This document shows positions 34,027-46,700 of a stretch of DNA of 64,000 bases, one piece after another (position 1 is the stretch's first letter; every line of letters starts with the position of its first letter). The stretch is taken from positions 3,586,689 through 3,650,688 of the forward strand of contig CM074809.1 in NCBI GenBank assembly GCA_037447605.1. Direction: 5' to 3'. Source of the stretch: Zygnema circumcarinatum SAG 698-1b. Lineage: Eukaryota; Plantae; Zygnematophyceae. Below the pieces are notes generated by a model. The model had not been told where the DNA came from, did no database searches, and saw nothing but the letters and a program-made list of their open reading frames with translations. A program made the translations under genes and the position numbers.

Positions 34027-34965
34027 GGGTAGTGATATTTCCACCCCTTTTTTGGATCCAAACACCCCTTCCCGGCCGGGCAGATTTCAAAATGGATTAA
34101 AAACGGAAAATGCTTTTTTCACACCTTTTTGGAATCGATACCACCCTCCATCGGCAGATTTTATTTCTGCGAAACAAGGAAAATGATAACCCGTCACATT
34201 TGAATATCCCGCCTACCTGAATTTTTATTCACGCGTGCGGTCAATCGCAGCCGTCGATTCCCTCGCAGATCGCAACACAGCAGATCATTTGATTCGGCAG
34301 CCGGGCTCGGTCACAGCGCATGGCACGTGTCCACGTATCCCGCCAATGTCCACTCAAATGTTTGTCGGTACACATTTCGTACGGTCGCAACTTGAGGAAC
34401 CCAAGTTTTCGTACATTGAGATCTTAGACCAATCAAAAAGTTCCACGTCAAAAATGTAACACGTGGCAGATGATGATTGGCTGGGAGCTAACAATGACGA
34501 GATCTCGGGCCGAGGGACAAGCGCACTCGCAAGTGCGATTTGGCTTTGACGGGACTCGTGGGCGCTTTCCATTCGCTAAGATCGAGCCGGCTGCAGATCG
34601 AACGGTGATCTGCAGTGGTGTGATCTGCGAGGGAATCGACAGCTGCGATTGACACACACGTGTGAAGGACGGACACCCGCGAACGATCTCGTGGCGGACG
34701 GATCTTCCGCTCTGAGCGAATTCGGGCAAGCAGACATTTCTTTCCCTCAAAAAAAAATTCAGGGAGGTGGGATACAGTATTCAAAATGCGGTGACGGGGT
34801 ATCATTTTCCTTGGTTAGCAAAAATAAAATCAGCCGACGGAAGAAGGTGGGTATCGATTCCAAAAAGGTGTGTAAGAAGCATTTTCTGTTTTTAATCCCT
34901 TTTGAAATCTGCCCGGCCGGGAAAGGGTGTTTGGATCCAAAAAAGGGGTGGAAATAACACTACCC
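34027..34965. mobile_element. Non-autonomous long-TIR element (Mutator-like or foldback), 939 bp
   Basis: About 200-bp TIRs starting GGGTAGTG(A/T)TATTTCCACCCCTTTTTTGGATCCAAACACCC, a second internal ~80-bp inverted block, an 8-bp TSD TTTTTTTA (34019-34026 and 34966-34973) and no transposase ORF. Confidence 0.82.
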
Positions 34966-35121
34966 TTTTTTTAATACAGTACTGTACATTACTGACGCTG
35001 ACGCGGATAGGCCTGACGCGGACGACCGGTCGCACATGTGCCACCGTACTACGCTTAACAGAACAAAACATTCACATAAACCACTGTAATACGCTAAGTA
35101 GAACGACACCTGTCGAGAAGG

Positions 35122-35351
35122 GTACGGTACGGAGGGAGGGTACCGTACCGGCAGAGAGCCCCTGGAAAGTACGAACGGTGAGTCCGCAGCGCTGACTCAG
35201 CACATTCGTCGCTTGTGCAGGTACGGGATCCATACCGTACCGACAGAAAACTCCTGGAACGTACGAACGGGGGCGGCACCCACCTTCCGTACGCCGGCAC
35301 CGGCGGGCTGTTGGCGCCGCCACGTGTGCAGTGCTGGACCCGATATGGTAC
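35122..35351. promoter_or_regulatory. GTAC-rich ~92-bp direct repeat
   Basis: 10 GTAC sites. TACCGTACCG.CAGA.A..CCTGGAA.GTACGAACGG occurs twice (~35141 and ~35233). Confidence 0.5.
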
Positions 35352-35792
35352 GAATATCGTTCTCATGGGACGATATTCGAAGTGGGAATACGATACGCTA
35401 TTTTGCGTCGGATGACACGTGGCAGCGACGATCGCCGTACGGACTAATCGGACGGCAGAGGGCGCAAAGGGACCGGCGCGCACGGCTCCGCCGTTGGATG
35501 CGTTTGGCGCCAACGATGGAAAATGAACGACCAGGAACGAGAAGCCGAAAACGACAAAAGTGAGGCACAGTTCGGGCGGACCATCGGACGGATAGGCAAC
35601 CATTGGCGGGCCATCCAATGTGGTTGGGAGGGCGAACCACTGGACGACCAGCCATGGCCATCCAATGAAATGGTTCCCCTCATGCAACCATGGGGTTTTC
35701 ATGGGGTCATGGGGTTGTCAGACAACAAAAATTTAAGGAAAGCATTACAAAAATGAAAGTTACGAAAGTACTCCACTGCAGGCTGGTCGCTA

Positions 35793-36173
35793 CCCTGCTA
35801 CCAATAATTTGAACAATTGAACTCTTTTTTTTGGAATTGTTCAATGTTCAAACGAAAAGGTTTCATTTGGCCTTTTGAACACCCAAGGGTCAATAGTTCT
35901 TCAAATTGAACAGTATAAAACAATCTTCAATTGTTCAAAGTCTCAATGTATTCGGTTACACGTGTGGATTCCATTTTTTGCCATGTCGAATTCAAGCAAT
36001 TTGCAATCGTGTAACTGAACAGATTGAGACTTTGAACAATTAAACTAAGTTTTATTTTGTTCAATTTGAAAATTTATTTATTTCGAGTGTTAAAAAGTTC
36101 AAATGAAACCTTTGGAACATTGGGCAATTCGAAAAAAAAAATTCAAAGTTCAAACCTATATTGGTAGTAGGGG
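35793..36173. mobile_element. AT-rich foldback MITE, 381 bp, TA-flanked
   Basis: Termini CCCTGCTACCAATA / TATTGGTAGTAGGGG with TA on both sides. The ~170-bp arms are imperfectly complementary throughout (e.g. TTGTTCAAAGTCTCAAT / ATTGAGACTTTGAACAA). Confidence 0.78.
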
Positions 36174-36342
36174 TAATGGTTCCATGGCTGCAATGGTTTG
36201 CTCATCCACAGGTTTCCAACCATTGGCAATGGTCGCAACCACGAACCATTGGCTGAGCGAACCATATGGGATGGCCAGCCATTGCCATCCAATGGTTGCG
36301 ATCATTGCCAATGGTTGGCTGATCACGAACCCATGGTCCCAT

Positions 36343-36521
36343 TCCAATGGTTGATCCAATGGTTGATCCAATGGTTGATCCAATGGTTGATCCAATGGTT
36401 GATCCAATGGTTGTTCCAATGGTTGGATCAATGGTTGATCCGATGGTTGTTCCAATGGTTGATCCAATGGTTGTTCCAATGGTTGATCCAATGGTTGATC
36501 CAATGGTTGATCCAATGGTTG
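36343..36521 (+). repeat. 12-bp tandem repeat (TCCAATGGTTGA) x ~15
   Basis: Direct reading. Ends ~210 bp upstream of the L19 start codon. Confidence 0.93.
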
Positions 36522-36729
36522 CTCCGACCTACGAAGTGGTAAAAGGTTCGTGGAGAGCCGTCCATTCGGCATCGGACGGCCGAAATCTCTCCACGTGGCT
36601 CCCCTTTATCCCTTTCCGTCCCTCGCGCCCTCCAGCTCCGCGCCGCTCTCTCCCTCTCCCTCTCCCTCCCCGTCCCACTCTCTCTCAGCGCGCCCCTCTC
36701 TGCACATGCGCAGGGCTGCAGCGGCAGCT

Positions 36730-39711
36730 ATGGCGGTCGCCGCGCACAAGGTGGGAGCCGCGTTGTCTTTTTGGTCCTTGGGAAGTAGACAGGTGGCAAT
36801 CTGCGCTGTCATTTTTGTTGACAATTTGGACAGGGTTTCTGCATTCGGGAAGGTTAGGTCATGGATGATTGACGAGGGTTTACTTCGTGGATTGGGGGGA
36901 ATTACTGGCCAAAATTACTACTATAATAGGGGGGCCGGGGGGGGCTCGTTGTGTAGTCAGGAAGGGTGCTGCTGATTGGTCTATTTGGGTAGGCGTGGAT
37001 GAGTGCTTTCTCCAAGAAATGCATTGGTTTTGAGAAATATATTGGGTTCCTGGCGTTCTGGAGAAGGAAGTCGTTTAAGGTGCTGTTTATAGCACTGCAA
37101 TCTGTAGTATTGCGTAAGCGTACTGCCGTCACTTGCGTTGAAGACCTTGAGCTTCACTGTGGCTGTATCGCACACACATTGAGCGTGAATCGTACTCTTG
37201 TAAGCTCTAATTGCGCGAGGACGTCCCCAAATGTGGGAATTCACTTTCATGTCGCGATCTTTTCGGAGAAGTGGGTCTTTTGCAAGGGCCAGCTGGCCAG
37301 ACACTGGTCCCCTGCATTGTTACAGAACTCCCTCCCCGCAATGCAAGAATTCTCTGCTTTATTCCATCATCTGCACGTGTGTGTCCCGTAACCCTAATTC
37401 CTGATCATCCTGCTCTCTCTTATCTGCAGATAGTGATTCCGTCAGCGAGTGCGCTGGCCTTCCCTTCTCGCACTGCTTCTGAATCGTTATGCCGCCCATC
37501 TTCTGCAACTCCAATCCTTCGACCATGGTGGCGCAGCCTCTCGCAGGCCCTCCCAATATCATGTAAGCAAGTTTGCCATAGACGCATTATTCACGTGCAT
37601 ATCTCTCACGCCGGGCCGGTTTTTTGAAGCTGCGATTCAGAATAACATTTTGAGGGTCGTAGTGCCACCTAGGATATGGGAATTAGTCTCATGACTATTG
37701 ACTTATGACTTACAACTAATGACTTATCTGATTAGTTAACCTTTATTCGACGTATTCTCCTCAACAAGGCTCAGTAACGAGGAATGAAAAACAACTCTGA
37801 ACGAGCAGGCGGAAAAGTTTCGTCTAACCTTTTTGGAGGGCCATTTTTTATTAACCATCCTAATCAACTTTACCGCCCTTATAAAGAATCGTAGAGGCTG
37901 CGTGAATTGAAGATAGGTACTACGACTGTGTTTCCCTGCAATTTGAGTCTCTGCGCTTGCTTTACCCACCTCATTCTCCGCGTCCATTTTGCTTTCCTTG
38001 TCTCAATTTCTCAGCTGTAGCACTCCGCCAGTCCGCACAAGGGAGTCGCACAATGGTTGGTGTAGCGCGCGCTACAGCAGAGGCTGAGGGAAGTGAAGCT
38101 TCCACCTCGGAGACAGAGGAGACTGCCCCAGTCCACTTGAAGACAAAGATTTTGACAAAGAAGGCCGGCCACATTATGCAGGTGCAGTGGCTCTCTGAAA
38201 GCAAAGCAGGCCAGTGATGATTCAGTCATGAGACAGAGGCTGTGCGTTTGATGCGACGATAGCAAGTGCTTTCCTGATCAGGACGCATCTCTAATCGTGC
38301 ATTACATAACTGCAGTATTATCAAGAATGTAGTCATGTTCGTAGCTAGCTTTGAAGGTTTTCAAGTAGAAGTCATGAGGCGCGATGTTTTTGAAGTCTTC
38401 AATGAAGGTAACGTCCAACGTATATGTTATTTTACTTTTGATGGAAACTTGATGGTCTCCTCTCAGTCAGACAGGAATATGTAATTCCTGATTTGTGACT
38501 GAATAGAATGGACTTATACTAGTTACAAATTTTTTTTTTATGTCAGCCCTATTGGGTGGCAATATAGATATCCTGTACGTGTTACAGGTGTAGCTCTCGT
38601 AGTTATTGTTGATTTGACTTTCTTTCACCAATGCCTCACTAAATGCACAACGAGCATTTCTGATAGCAGAATACTAAAATGTTGGACTTCCTTAGTGACA
38701 TCGCCTACTCTTGGTGAAGCTGGGTCTCATTGTATGCATTTTGAGTCTTTTTGCAGATTTTGAACGATGAGGCTGTGGCGGCTGCTCGCAAGGACCGCTC
38801 CATTCCTGACTTGAGGACGGGCGATATTGTGGCTATGAGAGTGGTGAGGCTCCTAATGTTCACACCTCTCTCTCCCTCCCTCCCTCCCTCCCTCCCTCCC
38901 TCCCTCCCTCCCTCCCTCCCTCCCTCTCTCCCTCTCCCGCCTCCCTCCTTTCCGCTCCCCCTCCCCCCCTCTCTCTCGTTCTCTCTCACTCTCGCGTTCC
39001 ACCCCCCCTCCTGCGTCCCTGAACTTCAGATTGCATTACATCCTAGGGTCTGCGGTAGAACTCCCTTGCATACTCTGCCTGCAAGAGCCGTTTGTACAGT
39101 CCTATTTCTGTTTTGGGACGATTGATCGAACAGGAAGGAGTGAGTTGTGTGCTTCTTTGCGAGTTTCTAATGTGAAGGGAGTGATGTCGTCTGGGTGGTT
39201 TCTGCCGAGCAGGAGGTGCCGGAGAACAAGCAGCGCATCTCCCTCATCCGCGGAATCGTCATCGCCAAGCGCAACGCGGGCATCAACAGCACCTTCCGAA
39301 TCCGCCGAGTCCTCGCCGGCGTGGGCGTAGAGATGGTCTTTCCATTGTATGGGGCTCCTCCCTCCCATGTCTCATTAGGCCTCTCCCCTCTTCCTCTCTC
39401 TCTCTCTCTCTCACAGTCATACTGTTCAAATCAGTGGTCGGAATACTTTCACAGTCTTCTTCTTTCTCAGCGTTTATCCTTGTAGCGGCTACTGCCTCTT
39501 GGGGCCCAATCCCTGTCAGTGTCCCTGTCTGTGTCCTGTCCTGTATCATGCTATCTATGGGCTCTAAATTTCATGTGTTTACTTTCTTCTGGATGGGCCC
39601 AGGTACTCTCCCAACATCAAGGAGCTTAAAGTGGTGGACAGGAGGAAAGTTCGCCGTGCCAAACTGTACTATTTGCGTGACAAGATTGCCAAGCTCTCAA
39701 CGGTCAACTAG
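36730..39711 (+). CDS. PRPL19: Nuclear-encoded plastid 50S ribosomal protein L19 (bL19)
   Basis: Transit-peptide-like exons (36730 MAVAAHK; ~37430; ~38016-38181 ..KKAGHIMQ), then [29 protein letters not shown] (38758), [45 protein letters not shown] (39213), [27 protein letters not shown] (39603-39711). The N-terminal exons are less certain. Confidence 0.93.
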
Positions 39712-40791
39712 AGGGAGGTGGCTGCGATAGGAGGGACACGGGGCATCCAGCTATTGGAAGTTGGCTTCTGTTAAAAGAAAAAATAGAGGAGTCAAGCAAT
39801 GTGATGTGGTTTAAGAAGCTTAAAGGGCCGTCGAGTGTGATAGCGACCCCTTGGAAACCCAATTGATTAGTTTGCTAGGGCCAATGCAGAAATTTATTTT
39901 CAATAGCAGGAACTCGGCAAAGGATGAATTTGTTTTCTGTCTGTTTTTCATCTCGCTGGGGCAACTGCTTCGCTTAGAAAGGGGGGGGGGGGAAGCTTCT
40001 TTTGACGAGCGGAAAATATGGAACCGCCGGAACCCCAAAATCCCAACAACTACCGTAGCTTTTGTATTCCGTAAACCTGGTTTGCGGAATTATTTGTTAG
40101 AGGTTTACGGAATTCCGAAATGTTTAGATTTCTCGTGCTATCGTATCGTCAGCCCGTACGGAATATGACGCCCACATAACGCAAGCACGAGGCGGATCTA
40201 GCGCCGAAAGGACGGCGAGAGAAGCCCGCGTTGACCAGTCTTGACCGAACGAGGCCGGGGCTTGACTCATCTTGATTTTTGAAGAAGACACGTGTCCTTC
40301 CTCTGTAGAGCGCACCATCCGACAGACCACCTTTGTACGGATATTTCCAGTTCGACACGTGGACCGTTCATAGTACGCCACATGTACTTTACTTGGCCAC
40401 GTTTGCACAAAACTGGCCGTTGGTACATTTATGGCAGTTGTTCGACCGCGCGGGTAACTTAGTCGAACATGAATTGAACAGTGACAGAGGTGGAACATGT
40501 AAGGTTCGTTTTCAACCTTTTTTGGACTTGTAGGTCTTTGCAACACTGAAGGTTTTCTGCGTTACGAGGGATGTAGGCTTCTGTTCTGTGCTATTTTAGA
40601 ACAGTATTTCAAAGAGAAAACGAGAAAAAAAAAAAACTTTTGAATTTCTGAACCATGGGCACACGAACACGACTCAAAAACAGTGACAAAATGCGTCTAA
40701 AGAAGTGAACTCCGCCAGCAAGATTTTTTTTAAAATAAAATGAACAAAGGGCCCCACCTACCGATCGAGCAACCGACCCCTTCTCCCATCT

Positions 40792-43700
40792 TCACTTTCG
40801 ATAAGTCATCGACCGATTTCCCGAGCGTGGAAACACTTGGCTTCGCTTCCCCCCTTTAAGCCCATCCTCCTCCTCCTCCCTCCCATCCCCACCCCTCCCC
40901 CTCCCCCTCCCTCCCCTTCCTCTCGCCCCCCTCCCTCTCTCCCCTCCCGTTCCCTTCCCGCCCACATCTTGATGTATGCGTTCCCGGCTTCTACCATCAA
41001 TGCCCCCCATATTCAACCGTTTCCGGGCAGCTGCAAAATCATAAGCAGGAAGATCGGTGTTCTCTCCTTCCCTGACGACCGGTCCGTTATTTGCAACTTC
41101 CACCCCCGGTTCTCCGTTTAACGGATTCCGTGCAGCCAAGCTCCTGTTTCTCTCAGAGTCATCATCAAGGGCCTTCCCTCTCCCCACTCTTTTCCCGCCG
41201 TCTTCTCTCTCCTCCATCTTCTTCCGGTCTCTCTTCCTTTGCCTTCGAGCTTTCTCGGACAACGAGAGGGGAAGTCCACCTTCTCCCACTTCTATGTCCA
41301 TGTCTTCCCGTAATTCTCCCTCTCCTTTGCCTCTCTTCTCTGACCCCTCTCCCTCCCCCTGGACGTCTCTCTCTCCCTCTCTCTCTCCCAGCTCTACCAC
41401 ATCCTCCAACAAGAGCACGTCTTCTCCACTGGCTGCATCCCCTCCCTGCCCTCCCTCTCCTCCACTTACTTCAATGTTGCTGGTTGTGAAATGGAAATGC
41501 CCATTTCTGGTGGCTGCTTCGGAAGACGCTGTTTTTTGCATCGAACCGCTCAGTTCTGCTGCATTTGTTTCCTTTTCCTTTCCTTTTCCTTTTCCCGTTA
41601 TCGCTGTCGTATGATGTTGCAGGAACGGAAGACTCATTGTACTTCGAATTTGGTTCGCTATCGCCATTGCTCGAGCTTCAGCTTCCGTGCCCTGTCGTAA
41701 ACGAGAGAGAGAGAGAGAGAGAGAGTTAGAGGGGGGTTGGAGAGAGAGTGAGACAGAGACAGAAGGGAGAGATAAGGGGGAAACAAACTGACCACATTCA
41801 GCTGAAAGATTCCCCTTCTTCTCAAATTGGGGGCTAAGTGTAGGGTTTCAACCCTCACCTTCCCTTTAAGACCACCGTTTCCGAGAAAAGTTGCAAGACC
41901 CCCTTTAGCAGGCCTTAGAGAAACCACCGCCTTTCTCCTGCCATCTTTAGTCTCTCCCTCCCCTTCCCTCTCTCCAACCTTCTGCTCTCCTTCCTCGCCC
42001 TCTTCCTTTCCCATTATGCCTTCTACCTCCCTCGCCGCAGCCCCTCCCAATTTCTCACTGCGACCTTTCTCTCTGGTCATATCCTCCCGCTCTCCCACCT
42101 CCACCTCGACTTCCGCTCTCGGCCCTGCCACCTCTCCTCCCTCCCCACTCCCATTCCCTTCTTGCCCACATTTGCCATTACTTTCACTCTCTTCCATGCT
42201 ACCAAAAATCATCCCTGGTTTGCTAGCAGTCAGCTTTCCGCCATTTGCGCTTTCCACCCTTTCCTCTTCTTTCTCCTCCACCCCCGTTCCAAGTCGAACA
42301 AAGTCCTTCACCGGCACTGCCCTCCCACTCTCTGCACTCCCTCTCCCAAGTTCTGGCCTCTCTCCCACATCTCCTAACCTCACAGATGGCCTCCCTCCTC
42401 CCAGTAGTGCAGCAAGCTTACTTGACTTTTTGGCTACCACTTGGACTTGCTTCCTGTGATTGTTAGCAGCTTTTTGCTCTCCCTTACCCACGTCATTCTT
42501 TACTCGTTGAGGAACCGCCATTCCCATCTCCCTCTCACCTTCATCCCCCTCTCTCCCACCATCGCCTATTTTCTGTTCAGCAACATCTCCAGTACTGCTC
42601 CCACCATCATCCTTTCCTTTTCCTTTCCTTTCCTTTTCCTTTCCTTTCCTTTTCCTTTCCTTTCCTTTCCTTTTCCTTTTCCCGTTATCGCTGTCGTATG
42701 ATGTTGCAGGAACGGAAGACTCATTGTACTTCGAATTTGGTTCGCTATCGCCATTGCTCGAGCTTCAGCTTCCGTGCCCTGTCGTAAACGAGAGAGAGAG
42801 AGAGAGAGAGAGTTAGAGGGGGGTTGGAGAGAGAGTGAGACAGAGACAGAAGGGAGAGATAAGGGGGAAACAAACTGACCACATTCAGCTGAAAGATTCC
42901 CCTTCTTCTCAAATTGGGGGCTAAGTGTAGGGTTTCAACCCTCACCTTCCCTTTAAGACCACCGTTTCCGAGAAAAGTTGCAAGACCCCCTTTAGCAGGC
43001 CTTAGAGAAACCACCGCCTTTCTCCTGCCATCTTTAGTCTCTCCCTCCCCTTCCCTCTCTCCAACCTTCTGCTCTCCTTCCTCGCCCTCTTCCTTTCCCA
43101 TTATGCCTTCTACCTCCCTCGCCGCAGCCCCTCCCAATTTCTCACTGCGACCTTTCTCTCTGGTCATATCCTCCCGCTCTCCCACCTCCACCTCGACTTC
43201 CGCTCTCGGCCCTGCCACCTCTCCTCCCTCCCCACTCCCATTCCCTTCTTGCCCACATTTGCCATTACTTTCACTCTCTTCCATGCTACCAAAAATCATC
43301 CCTGGTTTGCTAGCAGTCAGCTTTCCGCCATTTGCGCTTTCCACCCTTTCCTCTTCTTTCTCCTCCACCCCCGTTCCAAGTCGAACAAAGTCCTTCACCG
43401 GCACTGCCCTCCCACTCTCTGCACTCCCTCTCCCAAGTTCTGGCCTCTCTCCCACATCTCCTAACCTCACAGATGGCCTCCCTCCTCCCAGTAGTGCAGC
43501 AAGCTTACTTGACTTTTTGGCTACCACTTGGACTTGCTTCCTGTGATTGTTAGCAGCTTTTTGCTCTCCCTTACCCACGTCATTCTTTACTCGTTGAGGA
43601 ACCGCCATTCCCATCTCCCTCTCACCTTCATCCCCCTCTCTCCCACCATCGCCTATTTTCTGTTCAGCAACATCTCCAGTACTGCTCCCACCATCATCCT

Positions 43701-46700
43701 TTCCTTTCCTTTCTACCACGGAAATTTCCTTATTTAATTCCTTCGTTTCTTGCCTTTCATCGACTTTACGAGTGGTTTCAGCTGCCGGAGGCCGTTCGAG
43801 CAACTGTTTAGGAAGAACTGCTTTATCTTTTGCCTCACAGATAATCTCTACAACTGCTGCTGCGTTTTTTCCAACTAATGGAGCGCTTCCACGCAAAACT
43901 GAATGCAGGGAACGAACGTCCGATGGCATATCCTCCGCTGCAAAAACACACTTTTTAGAAAAAGTCAAAATTCCGAGTGTAAATTGAAAATTTAAATGGT
44001 TTGAAGTTTGGTTAAAACTAAATAGACTGCTTTTGCTATTTGTTCAATCATGCCCTCCCACTCACCCAGTCGGAGGAGGAGATGGTTCGGCATAACATAG
44101 GCGGTGCTTTCGTCCTCTTCACGAGCCATTCGGTCTCTCCATGCGTAAAGGCCCTGCAGGAGACATCATGACATGTGTCACACTTCACGTTTGAACAAAC
44201 AAGGAATAAGAGAACAATCATGATAATTCTACCTGAGTTTAAGAACTAAGTTCGGCGATAACTAAAGCAGGGTTCAAGCGGTTAAGCCAAATCAGACGCA
44301 AATTGTTCCATACATTAGTGTCTCGCGTGCAATCATCTTTCTCCGTGATCAATGCATTATCAATGTTGTGTTCATGATGTCATTGTGTTCTAGACTGCAT
44401 GACGCCTGAACCACGCAACATCACAGAGAGAGCGAGAGAGAGAGAGAGAGAGAGAGAGAGCTGGAATTTGGGAATGTTAAGGATGAACAAGAGTTCAATT
44501 ACTGACCGCGAGTACGGCCTGCTGATGAGGAGCCAAACTCCTGCCAAGGGACCTGCTAATCCGCCCACAGCAATGCTATTGGCAGTCTTTAAACTCAGAC
44601 TTAACCAACAAAGGCTTGATGCCAAACTCAAGTAAAGAGCTGCCTTTACCATCCCTCACATTCCCTCCTTACTGAACTTCTTTAATATGCCATAAAGCGA
44701 GAAAAAAGAGAAAGCGGAGAGCGAGTGTGAAAAGGAGAGGCAGAGGGCGAGAGAGAGAGAGAGTGACCGCAAAAAGGAACATCACATAACAGATATCCTT
44801 TCCACTTTAGCTCATCACATGAATGGCAAACTGTATGGCAAGATGAATGCGAATTCTCACATGTACAGCTTCAAATAAGAGGTTTCCGTAAAGATGTCCT
44901 TCTCGTACAACTGTAAGCAGATATTCCGGCTGCGATGAAGCACCTGCCATGCATGCCAAGCCCATCAAAGGCAAATACTCGCTTCATTCCTATGGAAGAA
45001 ACGCTCCCCTCCTTAGTCCATTTTCATTAACACAAAGTTCGAAACAATTCACAATTTGGCTTTCCATCAAACATTGGCCCAATTCTCCTCATCTCTCTCC
45101 CTTCTCCCTTTTCTCCCAAACGAGCCCTCACCTCCAAAACGAGGGAGTTTCCTGTCTCCTTCTCTTCTCCTTCTCTCAGCAGCCTAACTCTTAGCTGGTC
45201 GTAAATGAACAGCAAGTAGTGGGTGTCCTCCCGCGCATATCTGCTCAAAGGAGAAGAGAATGTCCTCAATAAAATGAACCGAAGCACTTCCTGAATCCTG
45301 AAACCCCTTTTGACCTTTGACCTATTTCAGGGCCCTTGGGAGGGGGCTCACTCACTTAAGCATTTCGGGTGGAAAAGGACGAATGCGCCAATCTGCGAGC
45401 TGGTATCTGCATAGAAATGACGACGGGTTGATTAATGACATTAAACACAACTGAAAGTAAATCAGATTTCACACGTAGCTTGGGTTAAACAGACTCTTCT
45501 TTAATGACAGAGTACTACTGAGCTAATACAGGGACGGACCTCTTATCTGCCGCCACCTGGCAAAAATGGTGGAGGAGAAATGCAAGGCTGTGCGATCCCA
45601 TTTGAAGAACTCGTGACGCCTGTCACTCCGCAAATCATAAAAAGGAATAAATACATGACAAAAAGCACTTCATGAAAAATGTTTCCGCATATTTGATGAC
45701 ATGTAGCGTCGAACACAGTCGTTTGATTTTAGTCATCCTAACAAAAATGTGGGCATGATCACTGACTAATCGGCTAACAAAAACACATATTACCTGACCA
45801 GTATCAAAGAGATTTGCGACATATATTCCGAAATCGCATTGTAGCCACAAGATGTCTCGATCTGCCCCATGCATCACCTGCAACGGAACAAAAAAAAAAA
45901 AGGGTGAACCAAACCACTCTTCATAGGGAAAAGTCAAAACAGCGAAAGTTTAAACGATTTTGCAGTAGTGTGAGCCGCAACCCGTCTAATCCTCACCTTA
46001 AGTTTCCGATGATCGGCAAAAAGGGGGCCAAGGGTGGGCCCCACATGGCTGCGGAGGGCCAAAGTGTCGACAACAAAGTCTTCATCTCGGGTGGATATTT
46101 GCATGAGACAGACAAATCCCTGAAAGGAGCGGTAGCTATGGTGCTCCAAATCAACCTGCCAGTCAACAAGCAATCATTACTGTCGTCTCCCGTTGACTTC
46201 GCCAAAATTTAGAGAATCTGCGTTATCTAACGCCGCGTTTCTTTCATGACAAAGGAGAAAAGGGAAGATGAACGGAAGAAGGTGGTGAAAGCGCACTGCA
46301 AACTCCTGCACAGCCTGCAGCTTGGCAGCCATGGCTTGGAGCTCCGGAAGCGTTTCGATGAAAGTGAATGGTGTCTTTTCAAGCGGGAGAGGTGATCGTA
46401 TTGAACCCTCAATTTCCAACTGCCAGTCGGGATACTGCAAATGCAATAACTGCGCCTGATAGCAAACAAACCACATCTAGGGTTTTAGACGTTTTGGATT
46501 TCCATGAGTTAAGTTTCTTGCATGTGATCATAACATAGTTTGTGGGAATAAACGGTAGCTTGATTGCATGACTTTATCAATAAAGTTTACCACTTTTCTG
46601 CACTACCCAATTTCGACAATTGTGATGCACCCTTTTAAACCCAAATTCCAATAAAGCCCGCTATCCTGCCAACATTGAGTCGAGCCAAGCTGACCCTAAT

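Noticed and set aside
34027-34965. CACTA-superfamily assignment from the TAGTG and CACTA words at the ends
   Set aside because: The orientation is reversed (left TAGTG, right CACTA), and the TSD is 8 bp rather than 2-3 bp.
36156-36572. ORFs with (PLDQ)n, (WLIQ)n and (MVDP)n repeats, or a CRISPR-like array
   Set aside because: All three frames come from one 12-bp tandem repeat with no spacers. There are no cas genes and the DNA is eukaryotic.
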